64,000 bases of DNA from Opitutales bacterium (GCA_965197745.1 CBDANS010000006.1:640001-704000), one strand, 5' to 3'. Counted from the first letter of the stretch, positions 22,523-33,407 are shown. Translations and numbers: made by a program. The notes: generated by a model not told the origin, from the letters alone.

Positions 22523-23871
22523 TGGTGTGACTCCTAAAAATCGTATCATTTACCGAGAGAGGTTATGGGGATAAACAGATAACCTCAATGAAAAGAAAAC
22601 GATATACAACAGAACAGATCATAGCAATACTCCGGCAGACCGATACGGGCAAGACGGGACAGGAAGTCTGCCGCGGCAACAACCTAAGTGAACAGACCTT
22701 CTATCGCTGGGGCAAAAAGTATGGCAACTTGGAGCTGGCCGATGCTCTAGCGATTTAAAGAACTGGAAAAAGAGAATACCGAGTTGAAGAAGCTGCTCGC
22801 TGATCAAATGCTCAAGAATCAGGTGATGGAGGAAACGCTGTCAAAAAAGTGGTGAGCCCCAAGCAGAAGAAGCTAGCAGTAAAAGGTGCAGTTGAGAAAG
22901 GGCTGTGCTCGTTTTAGAGGGCTTTTGCCTATCTCAGTCTCAGAGTTTTGGTCAACGTTCAGCTACAGGTCTAAGCAGGCCAGCAGGAAAGCTCAGCGGT
23001 TGGCCGAGCGGATTGTAACCCTGTCCTGGGAACATCCCCGCTACGGTTACCGGCGCATCCGTGCCTTGCTGGTGAAGGAAGGTTGGGCGGCGAGCAGGAA
23101 ATTTGTACAGGCAGTGCGACGTTCTTCGGGCTTACAGGTAAAGCCACCGAAAAAGCGTAGACACCGTCAAGGAGTCTCTACAGGGTCGCCTACTAAAGCA
23201 ACCGGTCGCAATCACGTTTGGTCCTGGGACTTTGTCCATGATCGCACAGACAATGGCGGTCCATTAAAGATGATGACTCTGATCGATGAATATACGCGTG
23301 AATGTCTGGATATCCGGGTAGCTCGTCAACTCCCCTCATCGGATGTCCTCTCTGTGCTTAGCGAGGCCATTGAAAAGGAGGGAGCTCCCAGCTATATCCG
23401 CAGTGATAATGGCAGTGTTCCGAGGAGCGAAGCGACGACATGCGAAGCCATTTATCGCTCATCAAGTACAGCGGTGGTTGCGTGAAAAAAACATCAAGGC
23501 GATATATATCGATCCGGGCAGTCCCTGGCAAAACGGTTTCATCGAGTCGTTTCACAACCGCTTACGCGATGTACCGAGGAACGTAGTGACGACATAGCGA
23601 AGCGCTCATGTTTGAACCGTGAAGTGTTGCTCAGCGTGGCTGAAGCGCAAGTGCTAATAGAACAATGGCGTCAGACCTATAACAATGAACATCCCCACAG
23701 TCGATTAGGCTTTCAAAGCCCACAAGAGTTTGTCAGATTCCTTTCAGATCTTGGCCGCGTTCGGGCTACGCCCTCACTGCTCCATGATCTCTCATATACA
23801 TCAATCCTAAAACCATTAACACCCGGTAGTTCTCTCACTTAATAATTGGTACGAATAACGGGGTCCGATCA
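22523..23871 (+). mobile_element. IS3-family element (type B), transposase inactivated
   Basis: TG...CA ends; orfA from 22588 with a frameshift; A6G site near 22843; WSWDF, SDNG, NGFIESF; inserts at 23418-23450 and 23572-23608. Confidence 0.9.
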
Positions 23872-23999
23872 CTCTCACTATTCACTTCTAATTATCGTCC
23901 TTTTCCTGAACTTTCTTCACCGACATCAGCCACAGATGGTTGTTGACAAGATTTGGGGATCGGTAACGAACGCCATCCAGGAAATGATTCGGGCGTCGG

Positions 24000-25097
24000 C
24001 TACAGATCCAATCCGATACCAAATATGAACTGGAAATCGTTTTCCTCCGGTTCCTTACCGGTGGCGTCGGGAATAGGATTCGCTGTCCAGTCCCATACAA
24101 AGGAAACATTAAGGTTGAGCCTGTTTGTAATCTCGAACTCGATGCTTGTTATGGAATGTGAAATAACTCCCCCGGAAGCTTCGTCGGCATAGCGTAACTC
24201 ATAGATTCCGTTCAGATCCAGCCATTCTGTGATCTCCGTTACGAAATGGGATCCGACTGAGAACGAGAGCGCCTCATCGCTTGCCTGTTCTCCGACCTGC
24301 ACGGTGGAGAACCGTGTCAATTGATAACTGATTTCTGTCGTGGTATCCCATTCCGTTTTTGAGTTTCTCTTAATGTTGTAGCCGACCCCTGCGCCAAGAG
24401 AATAGCGGTTATCTATGTTTTGAAAGGGATTCGCGAAAGACTCAATGGCGAAGGGGCGAACGAAAAATTTCTTTGTAAAAGAAATATCGAAATATGAATT
24501 AGTGCGATGACTATTGGCCGTTTCTATTCCCTCGGTTTTACTGAAAGTTCCGATGTAATCGAAGTAGAAGCGGTTATTCGCGGTTCGATGCTGGATCGTC
24601 ACCAAGGTATTCCAGTCGGCTTGTTCGGTGTTTCCGCTCCCAATGTTCGCGCCGACGGTGGCTTTTGCGGACCACAAGTCCAGTTTCTTGGGGCTCCCAG
24701 CAGCGATTGAAAAAACGTCTGAGCGATTTATTACTAGGTCTTTCTCCGACTCCGTAACCACGAGTTCATCTCCTTTCATAAAGAGTTTGCCAGTTGCAGT
24801 TTGTCGATCTCCATAACGGACCATTTGCGATCGTGCCGAGTGCATCTGCGCTACATCGTCCCAATCGATGTCGAGGAGGCCGAGTTTGTCGCTGTCAAAC
24901 TCGACGGTGTAATCATACATCTCTTTAATTTCACCCTTTAGCCACTCTCCCGAGGTCAACTGGATCCAGTCGAACTCATCGGGTGGTGGTGGTAGTGGAC
25001 TCCATGCGGCGTAGTTCCCCATTGGAACGCCGAGAGAAAGGAGAGAAATGGAACTGACGAGTCGAATAAGGTACATTTTCTGTCCGAGACTTCTCAT
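24000..25097 (-). CDS. DUF481-like outer-membrane beta-barrel protein
   Basis: Signal peptide; DWIQLTSGEWLKG N-domain; GNT motif; alternating beta strands. Confidence 0.75.
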   Translation of the reverse strand: MRSLGQKMYLIRLVSSISLLSLGVPMGNYAAWSPLPPPPDEFDWIQLTSGEWLKGEIKEMYDYTVEFDSDKLGLLDIDWDDVAQMHSARSQMVRYGDRQTATGKLFMKGDELVVTESEKDLVINRSDVFSIAAGSPKKLDLWSAKATVGANIGSGNTEQADWNTLVTIQHRTANNRFYFDYIGTFSKTEGIETANSHRTNSYFDISFTKKFFVRPFAIESFANPFQNIDNRYSLGAGVGYNIKRNSKTEWDTTTEISYQLTRFSTVQVGEQASDEALSFSVGSHFVTEITEWLDLNGIYELRYADEASGGVISHSITSIEFEITNRLNLNVSFVWDWTANPIPDATGKEPEENDFQFIFGIGLDL

Positions 25098-25144
25098 ATG
25101 ATTTGTTAGAAAGGTTGGATTTATCGATTTTTCGATATGTTACG

Positions 25145-25730
25145 TGACCTGCACCCTTATGCTGTACCAGAGTCAGTTTTAAATCCAGCAGGGTGGCAAG
25201 GGTTTTGATTTGCTTAGATATGGCGCTCTGGGCGTATTCGGCCGAAGGCCGATAGCCCAAAGAACAGTGTCGTCTTTGAATATTATAATCAAACCTCCAG
25301 GATTCAAGTTACTCTTTCACTTCAGCTAGCGTACAAAATATCTTGGGGTTAAGAAGTTCATCTTGTAAGCGTCCATTGAAGCTCTCAATATAACCATTTT
25401 CTACGGGTCTGCCTGGCTGGATGAAATACAGATGGATACCTTGGGTGTAAGCCCACTCATCCAATACTTTGCCGGCAAACTCGGGGTCATTATCGACGGT
25501 AATGGTTTGAGCAAGACCGATTCCTTCAGCGGCTTTCGCCAGTGCAACGGTAACTTTACGTCCACCGATGGAGGTATCGGCCAGAAGCAGTGAGCAAGCT
25601 CGGGTATCCTGACCGACAACGTTGAAAATGCGCAAAGGGGTGGCCGTTAGCCAACTGACCTGCTCCCGATTACTGTACCAGAGCCAGTGTTAGATCCGGC
25701 AGAGTGGTAAGGTTTTTGATTTGCTTATCT
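25145..25730 (-). mobile_element. IS3 (type C) remnants with two right ends
   Basis: TGACCTGC... IRs at 25145 and ~25656; TITVDNDPEF...NGYIESFNG similar to 31603..32487. Confidence 0.8.
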
Positions 25731-25744
25731 TAGCCTCAGTGGGA

Positions 25745-26273
25745 CAAGGTTCAGCTACCGGCCCAAGCAGGTCAGTAGGAAAGCTCAGCGATTGGCCGAA
25801 CGGATAGTGACGTTGTCCTGGGAACATCACCGCTACGGTTAGCGGCGCATCCGTGCCTTACTGGTAAAAGAGGGCTGGACAACAAGCAGGAAGTTTGTCC
25901 AGGCAGTACGACGTGCAGAGGGCTTACAGGTAAAGCGAACGAAAAAGCGCAGACCCCGTCAAGGGGTCTCAACATGGCTCCCCACTAAAGCAAAAGGACA
26001 CAATCACGTTTGGTCTTGGGACTTTGTCCATGATCGCACAGACAATGGCGGTCCATTAAAGATGATGACTCTGATCGATGAATATACGCGTAAATGTTTA
26101 AGCCACCGGGTAGATAGACAGCTCACCTCAACCGATGTCCTCTCGCTACTCAGCGAAACCACCGATGAAGAGGGAGTTCCAAGCTATATCCGCAGTGATA
26201 ATGGCAGTGAGTTTATCGCTAATCAAGTAGAGCGGTGGTTGCCCGAAAAAGACATCAAGGCGATCTATATCGA
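25745..26273 (+). mobile_element. IS3 (type B) internal fragment
   Basis: Similar to 22955-23510, with an intact SDNGSEFIA. Confidence 0.8.
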
Positions 26274-26372
26274 CGTGTTTAAGGACAGCCTCCAATATGG
26301 CGCCCGGTTCCCTGTGTTCCAGCCCTATCACAACGGGGTTTTATCGCAGTTGCACAGGACCAGGAACGCCCT

Positions 26373-26891
26373 TCAGTCAAAGAGTTTCTCATCCCCGCTT
26401 GCGGCCGAGTGCGCTTGCGATCCTCCTCTTAGCAATTCCAGGGGTAAAGGGTGATCGTCACTAACGCGGCCCTTTTGGATCGACTCGACATAAGCCTTGC
26501 CCAAGTCGGCCAGTATGAACCAACGCTTGCCGCAAACAACGCTACCCCTGGCCCCCAGGAACTCCCACTTTAAGAATCCCTTGAGTGCCCCCACATGATC
26601 ACCAAACCAGAACAAGAACCCGTTGCCTGCGCTCCGAGAGATGCAAAGCGGATCGTATCCCAACAGGGCATTGAAAACCACACTCGACTCTTTGCCAGAG
26701 ACTTTCATCACGGCTATGCTATCGGGGCCAGGGATCATGCCGATCAGGCCTCCCTTCCTGACGTGTTGGTGCAGTTGGATCAAACTCGGAAGGTATTTCG
26801 AGTCTCCCTTGAAAGGCAGGAATGGGGCAGAGTTTATCCTCAAAAGGTGAACGCCCCTACGGCGGAGTTGAGCTAAAGCGGATGTATTCAT
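26373..26891 (-). CDS. Hypothetical protein
   Basis: 172-aa ORF downstream of the terminase-like gene. Confidence 0.5.
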   Translation of the reverse strand: MNTSALAQLRRRGVHLLRINSAPFLPFKGDSKYLPSLIQLHQHVRKGGLIGMIPGPDSIAVMKVSGKESSVVFNALLGYDPLCISRSAGNGFLFWFGDHVGALKGFLKWEFLGARGSVVCGKRWFILADLGKAYVESIQKGRVSDDHPLPLELLRGGSQAHSAASGDEKLFD

Positions 26892-26926
26892 ACTTTTGAC
26901 AACAGAATTGAGAGGGATTTACCTTA

Positions 26927-27952
26927 TCAGTTGGATTGTAGACTCGGCTCATTTGCGTAATGTGCATTGTGAGGCGTGTTTGCCTGATGCGTGTGATGTG
27001 AAAGGGAGGGGTTTATGCTCCAAACTGAGCTTCCTTTCTGGGACTCTATCCCGGTCGTTTCTCCCGCGATAACGCAGGCCACGACCGCGGCGCGGCGCAG
27101 GTTGTCCGAAATATCATCCCTGAATTCGCCCAGGTACTCACTTCTGGCTGAGTTCTTGTCTTCTCTCAAAGCATCATCAACCACCGATTGGAGCAACGTG
27201 GGGTTCATTGTCCTTGAGGCAGCATTCCAAACCAAAACACCACTTGGTTTATTTTCGAAATGCGAACAGTACTGCTCATAGCACCATCCCTTTTTAGCGT
27301 ATGGACTGGAGATTACGATCATGCGTCCTCCGAGCGTGAAGAGCCCCGGCCGGACTGCTCGGATCAACTCGGTGTCGGATCTGATCTTGGCTTCCTCCTC
27401 CACACCGAAAAAACAAGCCTCATCAATTATTGAGCATACCAAAGTGAATCCCCGAACGGTTCTGAAATCGCCTGCCATGACCCTCACAGAGATGTTGTTT
27501 TTCAGGTCAAATCCGTCTCTTGTCTCCTCCGCAATTTCATTCTTGAGGATGTCGGTTTCAAAGATCGAGCGCAGGTAATTCTTGATGATTCCGGCCTGTG
27601 CCTTGGTCGGGGCTATGATCGGTAAAATCGCTTTCTCACCTTTAGCCAATTTCTCATGATGTCCGGCCAAGGTGGCCTCGTATGCTCCAACAATGGAAAT
27701 GACACGTGACTTCCCTCCTCTTCTACCGATCAGAAACAAAGCTGTTTTAAAACCTCCAGGTTCAAACTGGGGTTTTCGCTCCCAGCCGGTGTAAAGGCGG
27801 ATGAGTTTGGCTTTGTCCTTCGTTGGCTTCATATCCAATCCGCAAAGCACCTGCATGGCGGTCAACCAAGCCTGCCATGAATCCAAATCGCCCAGGAAGG
27901 GTTTAAAAATGTTCTCATCCTCAATGGCCTCGATGATGTTGTTAATCCGCAT
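26927..27952 (-). pseudogene. Phage terminase large-subunit-like ATPase, probably C-terminally truncated
   Basis: Walker A IGRRGGKS, IAPTKAQA, Walker B IIDEA, motif III ISSP, EYLGEF; no nuclease domain evident. Confidence 0.7.
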
Positions 27953-28316
27953 TCTGGCAAGCCTTCAAAGTTATTTCAGTGGCTGCCTTATCAAGTCCCA
28001 GCGTCTTGAGAAGCCCTAAGTAAGCATTGACCGCCTGCACATAAGATCCGCTCTCAAGTTCACTCGTCTCAACGGCAATCACTTCCAGCGTTTCGATGTA
28101 GACAGATAGAAATGCAGCACGGTCACAAAGTGATTTTTTCATTACTGACACCGCATTGGAATCACTGACGAATTCTTCATATCGACTCCTAATCGTTCGG
28201 ACCGAAGCCATTCTCAAATCTGCCTGTTTCCATAGCTTAGGCACATAGGTTACTGGCAGCCGTCTCCTTGGTGTGGCTTTGCTTCGCTTCTTCGATTCCT
28301 GTTGTGATTTCTCCAT
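27942..28316 (-). CDS. Putative terminase small-subunit-like helical protein
   Basis: Overlaps the start of the TerL-like gene; C-terminal LLKTLGL motif. Confidence 0.45.
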   Translation of the reverse strand: MEKSQQESKKRSKATPRRRLPVTYVPKLWKQADLRMASVRTIRSRYEEFVSDSNAVSVMKKSLCDRAAFLSVYIETLEVIAVETSELESGSYVQAVNAYLGLLKTLGLDKAATEITLKACQNAD

Positions 28317-28378
28317 AGTTGGCCCTTACGGGCCCCAGGGCGGTGTACCAAAATACCGCCTTTCAGTCACACACCGTT

Positions 28379-28771
28379 TCAACCCTCCTCGTTACAGGAA
28401 TACAAAATACCAGGCCTCTCCGGAGGAGGAGGTTCGGGTTCAAAGACCACCACTTTGAGCTCAGGCCATATCAACTGGAGATGGTCCAACACCAATCCCT
28501 CATTTCCACCTTCTGAAAATACTATAGCAGGATTCCCATAATCCTCTGGAATCATGACATTAAGAGCATCTGCCAATACCTTGTCCGAACTCACCCATTC
28601 CCCCACGGGGTTAAAGGTGATCACCTCATCGCGGATCTTAATTACCAGCACTACTATTCCCTTTCTTTCTGGCCGGGGTTTTCTTAACGAGCCTCGTCCC
28701 TCTGCCGTCCTCAACAAACTGCCTTCCAGCTTTATCTCTTTTTCTTCTAGGCTCTTTAGGCTTGGAAACAC
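28379..28771 (-). CDS. Hypothetical protein
   Basis: 130-aa ORF directly after the recombinase. Confidence 0.45.
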   Translation of the reverse strand: MFPSLKSLEEKEIKLEGSLLRTAEGRGSLRKPRPERKGIVVLVIKIRDEVITFNPVGEWVSSDKVLADALNVMIPEDYGNPAIVFSEGGNEGLVLDHLQLIWPELKVVVFEPEPPPPERPGILYSCNEEG

Positions 28772-28774
28772 GCT

Positions 28775-29428
28775 TCACGATGCATCCCCTTTGATAATCC
28801 ACTTACCCTTGGCAGTACGATTTTCTCGAATCCATGTCGAAAGTGTATTCGGTGAGCAATCGAGTTCCTCAGCAACGCGATATTGTTTCACACCTTGGTC
28901 AATCTTGTCCCGGATCTCATCGCCACGGCCGTTCAAAATCCGACTACCCCTTCTACGACCGAGAACCACGCCATGAGCCTTTCGTGCAGCCAAAGCTTCA
29001 CGCGTTCGCTCACTAATCAAATCACGCTCAATCTCCGCGAGCATCGAGAACATAAAGAAGGTAACCTTAGTCCCTACATCACGCTTGCCGTCCTCCAATA
29101 CCAAACCCTCCTTAATGAAGTGGAGAGATGCCCCACTGTCTTTGACAAAGAACTCAACTAAGCGGCATATCTGACCGACACTCCGGGCAAGCCTCGATAA
29201 TTCACTGAAGATTATCACATCGACCTTACCCTCCCGGACCGCATCCTTTAGAACATCAATACCGCGTTCCTTCTCACCCTTGCGACTACTCACCGTCGTT
29301 TGCACAACGCGGTCTATTTGCCAGCCCTGCTTATTGGCGTATTCATAGATTGAAGCCTTTTGCCCCTGGTAATCCTGGCCCGTTGTCGATACCCGGCAAT
29401 AGCCCCACACGATCTTTTCATCCTTCAT
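28775..29428 (-). CDS. Serine recombinase (resolvase/invertase) with C-terminal HTH
   Basis: YCRVST, SRLARS, EIERDLISERT, LGRR. Confidence 0.92.
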   Translation of the reverse strand: MKDEKIVWGYCRVSTTGQDYQGQKASIYEYANKQGWQIDRVVQTTVSSRKGEKERGIDVLKDAVREGKVDVIIFSELSRLARSVGQICRLVEFFVKDSGASLHFIKEGLVLEDGKRDVGTKVTFFMFSMLAEIERDLISERTREALAARKAHGVVLGRRRGSRILNGRGDEIRDKIDQGVKQYRVAEELDCSPNTLSTWIRENRTAKGKWIIKGDAS

Positions 29429-30176
29429 TTTAATTTTTCCTTATTTTTAAATAATTAGATTTGTGCTTCTTGGTCGTTGTTTTTCAGTCCAGCGATAATC
29501 GCTTCGGTGTATCTGGTTGCGTCTTCTTCTTTGAGGCAACTTAAGCTCTCTACCATCTGGCGGTAGCAAAATCTCAGGTCGGCCCTTATTTCAATTTTTT
29601 CTTCTGCGTATTCGCTTGGGGTTCTCGCTTGTCTTGCTTTTTCTAAAAAGTCTATTTTGGTTTATCCTTTCTTTGAGGCGCATCTGCATGAGCCCTTGTT
29701 TTATCTCATTTCTTAAATAATTGTAGTTCTGCACTGTATTGTGATAAAAATATCAATTAAGTCAACCCTTTAAATCAATTTTTTTTCTATCTAAACGGTC
29801 GTTTATTTGCGTTAAGCACTCGGTGGTAAATCGATGCCCCCGTCGATCCTTTTAAAGCATTCTCGATCCAAACAGGTATTTGGAGTAGCATGGGGTATCC
29901 AAATAATTTCTTTTAAAAAATCAGCCTTTCCTCTGTTTCCTCTAGCTTTTCCTAAAGCTTGGGATCTAGTCCTCCCTACATCAGCCTTTATTCTGGTCCT
30001 ACCTACATGCCCTAATCCATGTGGTGTTATGCTTTCTTCTCGACCAAATCGGTGCTGTTGAAAACTCCCTCCATACGATAGATGAGTCTGTCTTCAATCC
30101 CTTCGGTGCATCATTACCTCAGTTGCTTTGGTGTAAATTATCCTTGGCTTCTGTTGTAACGATAACTCACACCGTT

Positions 30177-30419
30177 TCAACTGACCTCGTCCTCATAATC
30201 CTCTGCTAGCCAAGTTATAAGTTGGCGTGCACCAAATCTGGTCATGTGCGTAACGTGCCTTACATCATCTTCGAGATAATATTCGTCTGCTTTGGCACAG
30301 GTAATTGCTTCATCGAAATCGAACTCATGTTTTTTTAACAATCTCTCAATGTATTCGATTTGTCGTGGTGTTACCTCACGATGCCAGTTCTTTGGCTTTA
30401 GGTTCCAATCCTCATGCAT
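30177..30419 (-). CDS. Small hypothetical protein
   Basis: 80-aa ORF coupled (TAATG) to the upstream gene; TPRQIEYIERL motif. Confidence 0.55.
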   Translation of the reverse strand: MHEDWNLKPKNWHREVTPRQIEYIERLLKKHEFDFDEAITCAKADEYYLEDDVRHVTHMTRFGARQLITWLAEDYEDEVS

Positions 30420-30925
30420 TATGTATTGGAAAAAATACGTATTAGAGTTTGTTGATCTTCAGTCAGCATCAATCGTGCTTCCTCCCAATCCACATTTCTG
30501 ATGCTGGTGGGATCTCCCTGTCCTATTTTTGTACCACGGTCACGGAGTTTAAGGATTAATGGTACAGCCTCAAAGAGGTAAACGTCCTCAGTTACGATCC
30601 CATCCTCTGACCCCTTAAGCACCAAATAAAAATCGGGGTAGTTGTCAGCATTGATATCGAGGTAGGTTTTCCTCGGCCCGTACCATTTTACATTCACCGA
30701 TCTGTCCTTGTGCTCCCCCGACTTGAAGCGGCCATCGAAAGCGATGTTGCCGGGTCGCTCTAATGCGATGTCGAATACCACGCAGGCAATAAACTCACCT
30801 ACGCTCCCACGATCAAACTGCCTCCCTATCATCGTTTCAATTTCACCGATTAGCGAGGCCATCCTTTCCAAGTCGTTGAAGCGATTCACCAATCCACTCT
30901 GAAGCAAGTGCGGGATCGTTGACAA
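30419..30925 (-). CDS. Hypothetical protein, possible PD-(D/E)xK-like nuclease fold
   Basis: GEFIA...FDG...VNVKW pattern. Confidence 0.45.
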   Translation of the reverse strand: MSTIPHLLQSGLVNRFNDLERMASLIGEIETMIGRQFDRGSVGEFIACVVFDIALERPGNIAFDGRFKSGEHKDRSVNVKWYGPRKTYLDINADNYPDFYLVLKGSEDGIVTEDVYLFEAVPLILKLRDRGTKIGQGDPTSIRNVDWEEARLMLTEDQQTLIRIFSNT

Positions 30926-31073
30926 GGGGGAAAATGGTGAGCCCGCAGGATGGCCGAGGATTCATTTTCATCCCCCCCTACCTTTAGCTGACATCGCGAG
31001 AAATTAACCCCACAGTCCTCCAAATTCACGGCATCGTGTCACCGGGTCAGCAGGTTCCGTGGTCTCGACCACC

Positions 31074-31171
31074 TCACTTCGCCAAGATCTCTCCTATACA
31101 TCAATCCTAAAACCATTAACGCCCGGTTACACTCTCACTTAATTATTGGTACGAATAACGGGGTCCGATCA
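31074..31171 (+). mobile_element. Solo IS3 (type B) right end
   Basis: Matches 23775-23871, including the IR. Confidence 0.8.
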
Positions 31172-31211
31172 TCTGTTCGGTTGTGGATCTTTTTCTTTTC
31201 ATTGAGGTTAT

Positions 31212-32501
31212 TGACCTGTCCCCGTAAAACTGGACCAGGAAAGATTTAGTCTGGCGTGGGTGGAAAACCTAATAAAAATAGGAGAAAGAACCATCCATGA
31301 AAAGCAAAGGTTCACGAGGCGCAGCCGAGAAGGCCTGACAAACGATATAATAAAGAACAAATCATCTATGCCCTAAGGCAGGTTGAAGGTGGTCGAAGGA
31401 TCGCTGAAGTGTGCCGGGAGTTAGGCGTGAGCGAACAGACCTACCACCGTTGGAAGGGTAAATACGCGGGCATGGGAATAAGTGAATTAAGACGGCTGAA
31501 GCAACTTGACGAAGAGAACAGCAGTTTGAAGAAACTGGTAGCTGATCTGAGCCTGGACAAGCACATGCTGCAGGAAGTAATCGCAAAAAAGTTATAAAGC
31601 CAGTGGGCAAGAAGGCGATTGTTGAGTGGTTAGTGGAAGCTTATGCAGTGAGCAAACGCCGGGCGTGCAGGCTGATGCAGTTGTATTGGTCGAGTTATAA
31701 CTATCAGCCGGTGATGAGGGACGAACGCGCGCTGATTGTGCGCATACGAGACCTCGCCGCCGCGCGTGTGCGCTACGGGTATAGGCGAATCACGGTGTTA
31801 TTAAAGCGGGAGGGCTGGTTAAAGCGGGAGGGCTGGTCGGTAGGAAAGAAACGCGTCTATCGGATCTACAAGGCTGAAGGGCTGGAAGTGCGCACGAAGA
31901 AACGTAAGAAGCGTGCCGCGCAAAGGCGGGTCTCACTGCCCGCGGCTTCAGCTGCCCAGGAACGCTGGTCGATGGACTTTATGAGCGATCGGCTGGTCAA
32001 CGGCCGCCCTTTCCGCATTCTCACCGTTGTCGATCAGTATACCCGAGCTTGCCCACTGCTTCTGGCCGATACGTCCATCGGTGGTCATAAAGTCACTGCA
32101 GCACTTACGAAAGCCGCTGAACGAATCGGTCTTCCCGAAACCATTACCGTCGATAATGGTCCTGAGTTTGCCGGCAAAGTAATGGATCAGTGGGCTTATG
32201 GCCATGGCATCAAGCTGGATTTTATCCGGCCAGGTAAACCCGTAGAAAATGGCTATATAGAGAGCTTCAATGGACGCTTACGAGATGAACTTCTTAACAC
32301 GGAGATATTTTGTACGCTGGCTGAAGTGAAAGAAAAACTTGAAACCTGGCGGCTTGATTATAATACTCAAAGACCACACAGCTCTCTGGGCTATCGGCCT
32401 CCGGCCGAATACGCCCAAAGAGCCATGTCTAATCAAATCAAAACCCATACCACCCTGCCGGAACTAACACTGGCTCTGGTACAGTAATCGGGTGCAGGTC
32501 A
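31212..32501 (+). mobile_element. IS3-family element (type C)
   Basis: IRs TGACCTGTCCCCG.../...CGGGTGCAGGTCA. orfA 31297..31597 is interrupted by a 34-nt insert; A6G frameshift site near 31585; orfB 31603..32487 has WSMDF, DNGPEF, NGYIESF; 18-bp tandem duplication at 31801-31836. Confidence 0.92.
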
Positions 32502-32765
32502 AAACCACTCTGTCGATAGACTTCTAAGTTCATGTTGTTTGAGATATGACATATTTATCGACCGACTACTTGTGCAGCAAGAAACGACTTTAAATCACTG
32601 ATATCTCGCTCAAAGTCGATTTCATCTATAGTATACGACATTGCGGTCTTTCGTATAGCATACCGCTCATCGACTCATCTGCACAACACAATTTGTAAGA
32701 TAGTGTCATGGTCGTATGGTCATTTTAATTTCTTCCAAACCAATCATTCTGACAGGGAATTCTTA

Positions 32766-33407
32766 TTAAGAATTATCTTCAGACATTTTAGCAATTCTCT
32801 GGAAAGCTGTGGGGGGCGGACCTTTTATGAGGTGCTGTAAGATGACTTCTGCACATTGATCTGGACTCGTAGAAGAAGTGTCGACTTCAATGTCATATAT
32901 GCCTGGGGTATGAACTTCATGCTCCCACTTGTGAAGAATATCTGGCGGAGGAGCGTCTTCCGGAATTTCCTTTCCTTTAAGCCATGTATTTCGACGACGT
33001 TCCCATACGATTCCGATAGGACACCGAACACCCACCAATAGCACGGGTAGTCCTTTCAAACGTTGGGCACTATCGGCAAGGATCCCTAGGGGTTTCGAGT
33101 AAGCGTCATGATGTCCGACATCTACAGTCACGTTTAAACCCAATCTGCTATGTGCGGCTATAGATTCATACATCGCTGCGTATAGCACAGTGATGAGAGG
33201 TTCGAGATCCGGTCGCTCTCCGCCAGGCCGCAATCCGATTGAGGGACTATAACGCTTTGGTATAATGTGGTTCTTGAATGGATCGACCCCCATGTTCATC
33301 CAGGGGCCATCAAAAGTTTCCTGGATCACCGCAGCAATGCTGGACTTACCTGATCGAGGGGTCCCATTCAAAATAACAATTTGTCCAATATCATTTGCTT
33401 GTGTCAT
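32766..33407 (-). CDS. Chloramphenicol phosphotransferase (CPT)-like kinase
   Basis: LNGTPRSGKSSIA; VHTPGIYDIEVDTS. Confidence 0.85.
   Translation of the reverse strand: MTQANDIGQIVILNGTPRSGKSSIAAVIQETFDGPWMNMGVDPFKNHIIPKRYSPSIGLRPGGERPDLEPLITVLYAAMYESIAAHSRLGLNVTVDVGHHDAYSKPLGILADSAQRLKGLPVLLVGVRCPIGIVWERRRNTWLKGKEIPEDAPPPDILHKWEHEVHTPGIYDIEVDTSSTSPDQCAEVILQHLIKGPPPTAFQRIAKMSEDNS

Noticed and set aside
31801..31836. 18-bp tandem duplication (LKREGW x2) in IS3 orfB
   Set aside because: Simple in-frame slippage with no hairpin motif; unrelated to the micro-insertion families.
32766..33407. CPT-like gene as a proven chloramphenicol-resistance gene
   Set aside because: Only the family is recognisable; the substrate cannot be inferred from sequence.
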